NCBI RefSeq assembly: GCF_000006945.2 | Contig: NC_003197.2 | Coordinates: 3,060,354 to 3,092,353, forward strand | Source of the DNA: Salmonella enterica subsp. enterica serovar Typhimurium str. LT2 | GTDB lineage: Bacteria; Pseudomonadota; Gammaproteobacteria; Enterobacterales; Enterobacteriaceae | Direction: 5' to 3' | Length of the DNA: 32,000 bases | Shown here: in pieces, positions 1 to 9,923 of the stretch | Layout of the letters: each line of letters opens with the position of its first letter | How positions within the stretch are numbered: position 1 is the stretch's first letter | Translations under genes and position numbers: made by a program | The notes under the pieces: generated by a model | Told to the model about the DNA's origin: nothing | Database searches by the model: none | Seen by the model: only the letters and a program-made list of their open reading frames with translations

Positions 1-364
1 GTCCGTTAACCGGCAGCGCGGGAGAAATCACGGTAAATGAGGTATCCAGCGCCACCATCAGCGCATCGGTGACCGGGCCGATATTGCCTTCGGCGGTACT
101 ATCGAAAGTCGAGCAATATTTGAAATAGACTTGCTGGCAGCCCTGTTTTTTCAGCCATACCAGCGCCGCCAGCGATTGTTTTATCGCCTCTTGCGCCGGG
201 CATGAGCGGGTTTTCAGGCTGATAACCACCGCGTCGCACCCTTCCGGTTGCGTCCCGGTTGGGACATCATTGATCTGCACTGTCGGCATCCCGTTTTCGA
301 CCAGAAAACTGGCGATGTCGGTCGCGCCGGTAAAATCATCGGCAATGACGCCAATTTTTAACAT
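1..364 (-). CDS. otnK: 3-oxo-tetronate kinase OtnK (YgbK, DUF1537 family), N-terminal part only; the gene runs off the left edge
   Basis: Minus-strand ATG at 364-362 overlaps the ltnD stop (ATGTTAA). Hand translation reads MLKIGVIADDFTGATDIASFL, which matches the remembered YgbK N-terminus. It is absent from the ORF track because it is open at the window edge. I translated only the first ~20 codons. Confidence 0.75.
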   Translation of the reverse strand, partial: MLKIGVIADDFTGATDIASFLVENGMPTVQINDVPTGTQPEGCDAVVISLKTRSCPAQEAIKQSLAALVWLKKQGCQQVYFKYCSTFDSTAEGNIGPVTDALMVALDTSFTVISPALPVNG

Positions 365-1281
365 GACGGCTCCTCAGGCGTGACGCCAGGCAGAGTAATC
401 CCCGAGAAAATTTTGATCACAGCGCTGTCATCCTCTTTGCCATAACCGGCGTTACTGGCGCTGGTGAACATATTTAACGCCGTAGAGGCCAGCGGTAAGG
501 GGAAGCGCAGCGCTTTCGCCGTGTCGGCAACCAGCCCCAAATCTTTGACAAAAATGTCGACGGCCGAACGCGGGGTATAGTCGCCGTCAACGACATGCTG
601 CATACGGTTTTCAAACATCCAGGAGTTGCCGGCGGCATGGGTCACGACGTCATACATCACGTCCAGAGGAATACCGGCCCGCGCGGCCAGCGCCATCGCT
701 TCGGCCGCCGCCGCAATATGCACGCCAGCCAGCAGTTGATGAATGATTTTGACGGTTGAGCCTGCGCCCGGCGTATCGCTGATGCGATAAACGTTGCTGG
801 CAACGGCGTCCAGCACAGGCTTCAGGCGGGTAAACGCCGCCTCGCTCCCGGAGGCCATCACCGTCATTTCGCCCTGCGCCGCTTTTACTGCACCGCCGGA
901 AACCGGCGCATCCAGCATGTTAAGATTCAATGCCGTCAACGCCGCGGCGATCTCTTGCGCGTCGGCGCTTGAGATCGTGGACGAAACCATCACCGCGCTT
1001 CCGGGTTTCATCAGATGGGCGACGCCATCCTCACCGAATAACACCTGTCTGACCTGGGCGGCATTGACGACCAGAATGACTAACGCATCCACGACGCCGG
1101 CGAACTCCCTGGCGCTGGCGGCAGCCCCACAAGCCCCTTCAGCGAGCAGATTCGCGCACGCTTGCGGGTTAAGATCGGCCCCCCATGTGGAAAGCCCGGC
1201 GCGCAGGCATGAACGCGCAGCGCCCATTCCCATTGAGCCAAGCCCCACAATGCCGACATGAAAATCGGTTCCTGTTGTCAT
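358..1281 (-). CDS. ltnD: L-threonate dehydrogenase (YgbJ/LtnD, 3-hydroxyisobutyrate dehydrogenase family)
   Basis: Track ORF 358..1287. It has the Rossmann motif GLGSMGMGAA and is colinear with the remembered E. coli YgbJ (FHVGIVGLGSMGMGAA ... KEDDSAVIKIFSGITLPG). ATG at 1281 is preferred over the track GTG at 1287 because GGAG lies 5 nt upstream of it. Confidence 0.9.
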   Translation of the reverse strand: MTTGTDFHVGIVGLGSMGMGAARSCLRAGLSTWGADLNPQACANLLAEGACGAAASAREFAGVVDALVILVVNAAQVRQVLFGEDGVAHLMKPGSAVMVSSTISSADAQEIAAALTALNLNMLDAPVSGGAVKAAQGEMTVMASGSEAAFTRLKPVLDAVASNVYRISDTPGAGSTVKIIHQLLAGVHIAAAAEAMALAARAGIPLDVMYDVVTHAAGNSWMFENRMQHVVDGDYTPRSAVDIFVKDLGLVADTAKALRFPLPLASTALNMFTSASNAGYGKEDDSAVIKIFSGITLPGVTPEEPSC

Positions 1282-1362
1282 TATCACTCCATGTTAATTT
1301 ACGTGATATTATGTTTTGTTATGTGAATATAGGCGTTTTTGTAAACAATTGCGGTGAGTTGT

Positions 1363-1399
1363 TTCACAAAAAATAACAAAATGTGTTATTTTTTGTGAA
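1363..1399. promoter_or_regulatory. Perfect 16-bp inverted repeat (TTCACAAAAAATAACA-n5-TGTTATTTTTTGTGAA) in the ltnD/ygbI divergent promoter region; candidate operator
   Basis: Arms at 1363-1378 and 1384-1399 are exact reverse complements. The repeat sits between two divergent start codons (1281 and 1478), next to a DeoR-family repressor gene. Confidence 0.4.
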
Positions 1400-1477
1400 G
1401 GCAATCCTCATAGAACTTCACACGCTGTGACGAGAAATCGCGTAAAATCGCGACAGGACTAAAGAAAGGAGCAGACG

Positions 1478-2242
1478 TTGATACCTACTGAGCGTCGACA
1501 AATCATTCTTGATATGGTAGCGGAGAAAGGCATCGTCAGTATCGCTGAACTGACCGAGCGCATGCATGTATCCCACATGACTATCCGCCGTGACTTACAA
1601 AAACTGGAGCAGCAAGGCGCGGTAATCCAGGTCTCTGGCGGCGTGCAATCATCGACTCGCGTGGCGCACGAACCCTCGCATCAGATCAAAACCGAACTGG
1701 CGACGCCGCAGAAAGCGGCAATTGGCAAACTGGCCGCCAGCCTGGTACAGCCAGAAAGCTGTATCTACCTTGATGCAGGTACGACCACGCTGGCGATTGC
1801 CAGGCAGCTGGTTACGATGAATAAACTTACGGTGGTGACGAATGATTTCGTTATCGCCGATTACCTGATGGACAATAGCAATTGCACAATTATTCACACT
1901 GGCGGGGCGGTATGCCGGGAAAACCGGTCGTGCGTCGGTGAAGCCGCGGCGACGCTTTTGCGCGGGCTGATGATTGACCAGGCCTTTATTTCCGCCTCTT
2001 CCTGGAGCGTGCGCGGTATTTCAACGCCGGCAGAAGATAAAGTCACGGTGAAACGGGCCGTCGCCAGCGCCAGCCGCCAAAAAATTCTGGTGTGCGACGC
2101 GACCAAATACGGCCAGGTCGCGACGTGGCTGGCGTTACCGCTGGCGGAATTCAACCAAATCGTCACCGATGACGGCCTGCCGGAAAGCGCAATTCGGGCG
2201 CTGGCCAAAGTGGATATCTCACTGCTGATGGCCAAACAATAG
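1478..2242 (+). CDS. ygbI: DeoR-family transcriptional regulator YgbI
   Basis: 254-aa ORF with an N-terminal wHTH (SIAELTERMHVSHMTIRRDLQKLEQQG) and a C-terminal DeoR sugar-phosphate sensor domain. It matches the remembered E. coli YgbI N-terminus. TTG start at 1478 with AAGGAG 6 nt upstream. Confidence 0.88.
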   Translation: MIPTERRQIILDMVAEKGIVSIAELTERMHVSHMTIRRDLQKLEQQGAVIQVSGGVQSSTRVAHEPSHQIKTELATPQKAAIGKLAASLVQPESCIYLDAGTTTLAIARQLVTMNKLTVVTNDFVIADYLMDNSNCTIIHTGGAVCRENRSCVGEAAATLLRGLMIDQAFISASSWSVRGISTPAEDKVTVKRAVASASRQKILVCDATKYGQVATWLALPLAEFNQIVTDDGLPESAIRALAKVDISLLMAKQ

Positions 2243-2260
2243 CGAAGCGGCGCAAGCCGC

Positions 2261-2665
2261 TTACGTCATCATCTTGCGTACCAGTTGCGTAAACTGTTCG
2301 CGTTCTTCAGCGCTCAGTCGCCCCAAAAACTCATCGTCAACGCGATCCCCCAGTGGTATCGCGGCGGTGAGCAACGTTTGGCCCTGAACGGTGAGATAGA
2401 CAAAACGCCGACGTTTATCCAGCGGATCGTTTTCTCGTTTTACCAGCCCACGATTTTCCATCCGGCTTAACATCTCCGCCAGCGTCGCTTTAGTGCTGAC
2501 CGCCGCTTCGGTCAGATCGACCTGTTCAATACCCGGATGTTCAGCAATAACGCGCATCACCGCATATTGAGGTTTGGTGAGCTCCGGTAGTTCATGCTGC
2601 CAGCGTGCGGTATGTTGCTGAAAAAGTTGGCGTAACAGATGAAACGCGGTGTTTCGTAACTCCAT
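2261..2665 (-). CDS. MarR-family transcriptional regulator, divergent from the decarboxylase operon
   Basis: Track ORF 2261..2698. It shows a MarR winged-helix signature (LTKPQYAVMRVI ... DPLDKRRRFVYLTVQG). The internal ATG at 2665 is preferred because GGAG lies 5 nt upstream. 2698 remains possible. Confidence 0.8.
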   Translation of the reverse strand: MELRNTAFHLLRQLFQQHTARWQHELPELTKPQYAVMRVIAEHPGIEQVDLTEAAVSTKATLAEMLSRMENRGLVKRENDPLDKRRRFVYLTVQGQTLLTAAIPLGDRVDDEFLGRLSAEEREQFTQLVRKMMT

Positions 2666-2804
2666 GAGCGCTCCGGATAAATTAACTTTTTCTATCATAA
2701 CGACTTATGCACGGTTTTTTAATGACGAATGCTTTAGCTAAACGTGCGCAGGCGTCGGGAGCGATCTTGTCGCAAAGGCCGTGTGGGCGTATTTTGATCA
2801 AAAT

Positions 2805-2818
2805 GTTCGTATACGAAC
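2805..2818. promoter_or_regulatory. Perfect 14-bp palindrome GTTCGTATACGAAC upstream of ecdB; candidate MarR-type operator
   Basis: The sequence is self-complementary and lies 17 nt upstream of the ecdB ATG (2836), in the intergenic region shared with the divergent MarR gene. Confidence 0.4.
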
Positions 2819-2835
2819 GATATTTGAGGTAAGAA

Positions 2836-3429
2836 ATGAGATTGATTGTGGGGATGACCGGTGCGACCGGCGCGCCGCTTGGCGTCGAGCTACTCCAGGC
2901 ATTGCGGGCGATACCTGATGTTGAAACGCATCTGGTAATGTCAAAGTGGGCGAAAACCACTATTGAACTGGAGACGCCCTACACGCCCGCTGAGGTAGCC
3001 GCCCTGGCAGATTATTGTCATAGCCCGGCCGATCAGGCGGCGACCATTTCCTCCGGCTCATTTCGTACCGACGGCATGATTATTATCCCCTGCAGTATGA
3101 AAACACTGGCGGGGGTTCGCGCCGGCTATGCCGAGGGGCTGGTGGGACGCGCTGCCGATGTCGTGTTGAAAGAGGGTCGCAAGCTGGTGCTTGTGCCGCG
3201 GGAAATGCCGCTCAGCACGATTCATCTGGAAAACATGCTTGCGCTTTCTCGTATGGGGGTGGCGATAGTGCCGCCCATGCCCGCGTTCTACAACCTGCCG
3301 CAAACCGTTGACGATATTATCCAGCACATCGTAGCGCGCGTTCTCGACCAGTTTGGTCTGGAGCATACGCGCACGCGCCGCTGGCAAGGACTGCGACAGA
3401 CAGCAAATTTTTCACAGGAGAATGGATAA
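2836..3429 (+). CDS. ecdB: UbiX-like flavin prenyltransferase (Pad1/EcdB), makes prenyl-FMN for the adjacent UbiD-type enzyme
   Basis: 197-aa ORF with the N-terminal motif MRLIVGMTGATGAP and PCSMKTLA, typical of UbiX/Pad1. Its stop overlaps the next start (TAATG). Confidence 0.9.
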   Translation: MRLIVGMTGATGAPLGVELLQALRAIPDVETHLVMSKWAKTTIELETPYTPAEVAALADYCHSPADQAATISSGSFRTDGMIIIPCSMKTLAGVRAGYAEGLVGRAADVVLKEGRKLVLVPREMPLSTIHLENMLALSRMGVAIVPPMPAFYNLPQTVDDIIQHIVARVLDQFGLEHTRTRRWQGLRQTANFSQENG

Positions 3430-4856
3430 TGGCATTTGATGATTTGCGCAGTTTTTTACATGCGCTGGATCAGCAGGGACAACTGCTGAAAATCAGCGAG
3501 GAAGTGAATGCGGAGCCGGATCTCGCAGCCGCTGCCAACGCAACGGGACGCATCGGCGATGGCGCGCCCGCGCTGTGGTTTGACAATATTCGTGGTTTTA
3601 CCGACGCCCGCGTGGCGATGAATACCATCGGTTCCTGGCAGAACCATGCCATCTCACTGGGTTTGCCGCCTAACACGCCGGTTAAAAAACAGATCGATGA
3701 ATTTATTCGCCGCTGGGACAATTTTCCGGTAGCGCCGGAACGGCGGGCGAATCCGGGCTGGGCGGAAAATACCGTCGACGGCGACGCGATCAACCTGTTT
3801 GATATCCTGCCGCTGTTTCGTCTGAACGACGGCGACGGCGGATTCTATCTGGATAAAGCCTGTGTGGTATCACGCGATCCGCTCGATCCCGATAACTTCG
3901 GCAAGCAGAATGTCGGCATCTACCGCATGGAAGTTAAAGGCAAGCGTAAGCTGGGTCTGCAACCAGTGCCGATGCATGATATCGCATTGCACCTGCACAA
4001 AGCTGAAGAGCGCGGGGAAGATCTGCCGATTGCGATCACGTTGGGTAACGATCCGATCATTACCCTGATGGGCGCAACGCCGCTGAAATACGATCAGTCA
4101 GAGTATGAAATGGCAGGCGCGCTGCGTGAAAGCCCCTATCCTATCGCCACCGCGCCGCTGACCGGTTTTGATGTGCCGTGGGGATCTGAAGTCATTCTTG
4201 AAGGGGTCATCGAAAGCCGTAAACGTGAAATTGAAGGACCGTTCGGCGAATTTACCGGCCACTATTCCGGCGGTCGCAACATGACCGTGGTGCGTATCGA
4301 TAAGGTCTCTTACCGCAGCAAACCCATTTTTGAATCGCTCTATTTGGGTATGCCGTGGACGGAAATCGACTACCTGATGGGGCCGGCGACCTGCGTGCCA
4401 CTGTATCAACAGCTGAAAGCCGAATTTCCGGAAGTGCAGGCGGTAAACGCCATGTACACCCACGGCTTGCTGGCCATCATCTCGACCAAAAAACGCTACG
4501 GCGGCTTTGCCCGTGCGGTGGGCCTGCGAGCGATGACGACGCCGCACGGTCTGGGATATGTGAAGATGGTGATCATGGTCGATGAAGATGTCGATCCATT
4601 CAATCTGCCACAGGTGATGTGGGCGTTGTCGTCGAAAGTGAATCCGGCAGGCGATCTGGTACAGCTACCGAATATGTCCGTCCTGGAACTGGATCCGGGC
4701 TCAAGCCCGGCGGGGATTACCGACAAGCTGATCATTGACGCCACCACGCCGGTTGCGCCAGATAACCGTGGTCACTATAGCCAGCCGGTTGTTGATTTAC
4801 CGGAAACTAAAGCCTGGGCTGAAAAGCTGACCGCCATGCTGGCCAACCGTAAATAA
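3429..4856 (+). CDS. ecdC: UbiD-family (prenyl-FMN dependent) aromatic acid decarboxylase, large subunit C
   Basis: 475-aa ORF, the UbiD-family length. It is translationally coupled to the UbiX-like gene and followed by the small D subunit, the BCD arrangement of phenolic acid decarboxylases. Confidence 0.88.
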   Translation: MAFDDLRSFLHALDQQGQLLKISEEVNAEPDLAAAANATGRIGDGAPALWFDNIRGFTDARVAMNTIGSWQNHAISLGLPPNTPVKKQIDEFIRRWDNFPVAPERRANPGWAENTVDGDAINLFDILPLFRLNDGDGGFYLDKACVVSRDPLDPDNFGKQNVGIYRMEVKGKRKLGLQPVPMHDIALHLHKAEERGEDLPIAITLGNDPIITLMGATPLKYDQSEYEMAGALRESPYPIATAPLTGFDVPWGSEVILEGVIESRKREIEGPFGEFTGHYSGGRNMTVVRIDKVSYRSKPIFESLYLGMPWTEIDYLMGPATCVPLYQQLKAEFPEVQAVNAMYTHGLLAIISTKKRYGGFARAVGLRAMTTPHGLGYVKMVIMVDEDVDPFNLPQVMWALSSKVNPAGDLVQLPNMSVLELDPGSSPAGITDKLIIDATTPVAPDNRGHYSQPVVDLPETKAWAEKLTAMLANRK

Positions 4857-4866
4857 GGAGTAACCG

Positions 4867-5103
4867 ATGATTTGCCCACGCTGTGCCGATGCACATATTG
4901 AACTCATGGCGACTTCGCCGGTAAAAGGAGTCTGGACGGTATATCAGTGTCAGCATTGTCTGTATACCTGGCGCGATACCGAACCGTTACGCCGTACCAG
5001 CCGCGAACACTATCCACAAGCGTTTCGCATGACGCAAAAAGATATTGATGACGCGCCAATGGTGCCGAGTATCCCGCCGCTGCTGGCAGAAGACAAACGG
5101 TAA
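4867..5103 (+). CDS. ecdD: Small subunit D of the UbiD-type phenolic acid decarboxylase (zinc-ribbon-like, CPRC ... CQHC)
   Basis: 78-aa ORF with AAGGAG 6 nt upstream of the ATG and two CxxC pairs. Position and size match YclD/EcdD/KpdD-type subunits. Confidence 0.75.
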   Translation: MICPRCADAHIELMATSPVKGVWTVYQCQHCLYTWRDTEPLRRTSREHYPQAFRMTQKDIDDAPMVPSIPPLLAEDKR

Positions 5104-5136
5104 AAAAAAGGCCAGTCGACAGACTGGCCTTTTTTT
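5102..5136. terminator. Bidirectional rho-independent terminator between convergent ecdD and rpoS
   Basis: 9-bp GC-rich stem AGGCCAGTC/GACTGGCCT (5109-5117 and 5122-5130) with loop GACA. It is flanked by an A-tract (5102-5109) and a T-tract (5130-5136). Confidence 0.8.
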
Positions 5137-5147
5137 GACAAGGGTAC

Positions 5148-6140
5148 TTACTCGCGGAACAGCGCTTCGATATTCAGCCCCTGCGTCTGCAGAATTTCGC
5201 GCAGACGGCGCAGGCCTTCAACCTGAATCTGACGAACACGTTCACGCGTAAGACCGATTTCACGGCCTACATCTTCCAGTGTCGCAGCTTCATATCCCAG
5301 CAGACCGAAACGGCGCGCCAGCACTTCACGCTGTTTGGCGTTCAGTTCGAACAACCATTTGACGATGCTCTGTTTCATATCGTCATCTTGCGTGGTGTCT
5401 TCCGGACCGTTCTCTTTTTCATCGGCCAGGATGTCCAGCAACGCTTTTTCGGAATCACCGCCCAGCGGGGTGTCTACCGAGGTAATGCGCTCGTTGAGAC
5501 GAAGCATACGGCTGACGTCATCAACCGGTTTATCCAGTTGCTCTGCAATTTCTTCCGCACTCGGTTCGTGGTCCAGTTTATGCGACAACTCACGTGCGGT
5601 GCGCAGGTATACGTTCAGCTCTTTAACAATGTGAATCGGCAAGCGAATCGTACGGGTTTGGTTCATGATCGCCCGTTCGATTGTCTGGCGAATCCACCAG
5701 GTTGCGTATGTTGAGAAGCGGAACCCGCGTTCCGGGTCAAACTTCTCGACTGCACGGATAAGCCCCAGGTTGCCCTCTTCAATCAGGTCCAGCAACGCCA
5801 GTCCACGATTGCCATAACGGCGGGCAATTTTTACCACCAGACGCAGGTTACTCTCAATCATGCGACGGCGAGAAGCGACATCTCCACGCAGTGCGCGACG
5901 CGCAAAATAGACTTCTTCTTCGGCTGTTAACAGTGGTGAATACCCAATCTCACCAAGGTAAAGCTGAGTCGCGTCCAACACACGCTGTGTGGCCCCTTGC
6001 GATAACAGCTCTTCTTCAGCCAGGTCGTTATCACTGGGTTCCTCTTCACTCAAGGCTTTTTCGTCAAAAGCCTCTACTCCGTTCTCATCAAATTCCGCGT
6101 CTTCATTTAAATCATGAACTTTCAGCGTATTCTGACTCAA
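5148..6140 (-). CDS. rpoS: RNA polymerase sigma factor RpoS (sigma-38); TTG start codon
   Basis: 330-aa ORF beginning [21 protein letters not shown]. Sigma-70 family regions 2-4 are recognisable (e.g. YATWWIRQ). The start codon read on the minus strand is TTG (6140-6138), preceded by AGGAGCCACCTT. Confidence 0.97.
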
Positions 6141-6202
6141 AAGGTGGCTCCTACCCGTGATCCCTTGACGGAACTAGCAAGTCAAAGCCTGGTTCCGCCG
6201 CT

Positions 6203-7336
6203 TTATCGCTGCGGTAAATAACGCAGCGGGTTTACGGATTTCCCCTTGTAACGAATTTCAAAATGCAAGCGTGTAGAGCTGGTGCCGGTGCTACCCATAG
6301 TAGCGATTTTTTGCCCCGCCTTAACTTCCTGTTGTTCCCGGACCAGCATCGTATCATTATGGGCGTAGGCACTCAGGTAATCATCGTTATGTTTGATGAT
6401 AATAAGATTACCGTAACCACGCAGTGCGTTACCGGCATATACGACGCGCCCATCAGCGGTTGCGACGATAGCCTGTCCCTTACTGCCTGCAATGTCGATC
6501 CCTTTATTGCCCCCTTCGGAAGCGCCAAAGTTTTCGATCACTTTGCCATCCGTCGGCCAGCGCCATGCGGAAATCGGCGCGCTGGTTGACGTACTGCTTG
6601 CATTTGGTTCGGTCGTGCTTACCGTTGGTGCCGTTACAGGCGCTGTGACAACCGTCCCAGCAGGCTTGTTGTTTGGCAACATTTTGTTAGCACTTTGTTC
6701 ACCTGAGCCCTCAGAATACGTAATTGTTGGTTGAGACGCAACTGCAACGGTGGAATTTTGTGCAGACCTGGTCACAACTCCTTGCTGTGCTGCATCCGCC
6801 TGGGTGATCGCATTTCCGCCAGTAATTGGCGTACCGGATGCGTTACCAACTTGCAAAGTTTGCCCTACATTCAGGCTATACGGGGCAGAAATACTGTTTC
6901 TCTGGGCCAGATCGCGGAAATCGTTCCCGGTAATCCAGGCGATGTAAAAAAGCGTATCACCCTTTTTCACGGTGTAAGTACTGCCACCCGTATAGCTACC
7001 TTTCGGAATATTCCCATACTGGCGATTGTATACGATTCGCCCATTTTCCATCTGCACGGGTTGTTCCGTGACCGGTTGAGTTTGCATGGGCTGCGTTACA
7101 GGACGCTGAACGGGTTGAATTTGCGGCGCTTGTTGCGGCGTTTGTTGCGTCGTCGCGCCCATTTTTGGCGGCGGTGTGATCAACATCCCGGAATTGGTAT
7201 TTGATGACGAACCACTGTCCACAGACGTGACCGGCGCCGGAGGGTTTGACGAACTGGTACAACCTGCCAGCCATAGTGAAACCAGTGATAGTGCCGCAAT
7301 GCGACTAACGGTGAATTTTGGGCTTCCCGCGCTCAT
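6203..7336 (-). CDS. nlpD: Murein hydrolase activator lipoprotein NlpD (LysM + degenerate M23 peptidase domain)
   Basis: 377-aa ORF with a lipobox (LWLAGC), a Pro/Gln-rich linker, a LysM segment ([17 protein letters not shown]) and a C-terminal M23-like domain. It lies immediately upstream of rpoS. Confidence 0.95.
   Translation of the reverse strand: MSAGSPKFTVSRIAALSLVSLWLAGCTSSSNPPAPVTSVDSGSSSNTNSGMLITPPPKMGATTQQTPQQAPQIQPVQRPVTQPMQTQPVTEQPVQMENGRIVYNRQYGNIPKGSYTGGSTYTVKKGDTLFYIAWITGNDFRDLAQRNSISAPYSLNVGQTLQVGNASGTPITGGNAITQADAAQQGVVTRSAQNSTVAVASQPTITYSEGSGEQSANKMLPNNKPAGTVVTAPVTAPTVSTTEPNASSTSTSAPISAWRWPTDGKVIENFGASEGGNKGIDIAGSKGQAIVATADGRVVYAGNALRGYGNLIIIKHNDDYLSAYAHNDTMLVREQQEVKAGQKIATMGSTGTSSTRLHFEIRYKGKSVNPLRYLPQR
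6713..6741 (-). promoter_or_regulatory. Major rpoS promoter inside nlpD (-35 TTGCGT, 17-nt spacer, -10 TATTCT)
   Basis: On the minus strand, TTGCGT is at 6741-6736 and TATTCT at 6718-6713. The predicted start near 6706 gives a leader of about 566 nt to the rpoS start, matching the long-leader rpoS promoter known in E. coli and Salmonella. Confidence 0.6.
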
Positions 7337-7511
7337 TTATCCCCCAGGAAAAAATTTGGTTAACAACCAGTGACGTAAGAACCGTGCAACGCATTAAGTG
7401 AACACGGGAAAATGTGTTCACGATACGCTTAACCCACCGGGAATAACCAGGAAAACTCCAGGTATTCGTTTCGGCTTCATCAGGCGTAAGAGTGGGTGTT
7501 TGCAGGGCAAA

Positions 7512-8873
<1,362 letters not shown>

Positions 8874-8893
<20 letters not shown>

Positions 8894-9923
8894 AATCACC
8901 CATTGTGTTGATCAGTTCCCTTACTACGCTGGTGGCAAAACTGCCTGCGGGCAGCCAGAAACGTAACTCGACGGTAACGTCATCCCACCAGTTCCAGCTT
9001 AATTGTTGCGGATAAAGCAGCATCGCTCTGCGCGACGCCTCTACTTTTTCGCGCAGCAACAGCGATTGCAACACCGTTTCCTGGGCAATGGCATCTTGCT
9101 CAAACGCCAGCGCCGCACGCTGTGTTCCCCACTCTCCGCTGCCCGGCAACGACGCTGTAATCATCAGCTCTTTTTCGTCTACCCGGCGCTGCAATTCAGG
9201 CAGTTCTTCAGATGTCGCGACGAACCAGCTTCCACGCCCCGCTAATTGTAGCGCATCGCCGTCAACAACTTGATTAAAGTCTGGTTTCTTCAGCCGCTGG
9301 TGAACAATTTGATTAAACAACGCGCTACGCGCCGCCGACAACCAAAAACTGCGTTTATTGCGATCGCGCACCGGCGCGTTACTTTGCGCCCAGCGCAGCG
9401 CGCCCTGCAAGTTGCTGCCGCCAATGCCGAATCGTTGTGCACCAAAATAGTTCGGCACGCCGCCATCGCGAATCGCCTGCAATCGTGTTTCGACATCGCG
9501 GCGATCGCTTATTTCACGCAACACCAGAGTAAAGGCATTGCCTTTCAGCGCGCCTAAACGCAGCTTACGCTTGTGACGCGCGTATTCCAGCACTTTACAA
9601 CCTTCCAACTGAAAGGCGCTGAAATCGGGCATCTCTTTCCCCGGCACGCGCGCGCACAGCCACTGCTCGGTAACGGCGTGTTTATCTTTTTGCCCGGCAA
9701 AGCTCACTTCGCGAGCGTGAATTTTCAGGAATTTCGCCAGCGCGTCAGCGACAAAACGGGTATTGCAACCGTTTTTCAAAATACGCAGCAAAATGTGCTC
9801 GCCTTCACCATCCGGCGTAAAGCCTAAATCTTCAACCACCACAAAATCTTCCGGATTCGCTTTCAGCAATCCGCTACCTTGTGGTTTTCCGTGCAGCCAG
9901 GTGAGATTGTCAAACTCTGTCAT
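8874..9923 (-). CDS. truD: tRNA pseudouridine(13) synthase TruD
   Basis: 349-aa ORF, colinear with the remembered E. coli TruD ([30 protein letters not shown]). Its 3' end overlaps the surE start by 20 nt. Confidence 0.95.

Noticed and set aside
794-1376. 155-aa and 63-aa plus-strand ORFs overlapping ltnD and its upstream region
   Set aside because: They are antisense to a well-supported gene, or they run through the AT-rich promoter region. They have no ribosome-binding site and an Ala/Ser/Pro-rich antisense-type composition.
2244-2262. Hairpin AAGCGGC-GCAA-GCCGCTT between convergent ygbI and the MarR gene as an intrinsic terminator
   Set aside because: The stem is only 7 bp with no U-tract on either strand, and it overlaps the MarR stop codon. 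This is too weak to call a terminator.
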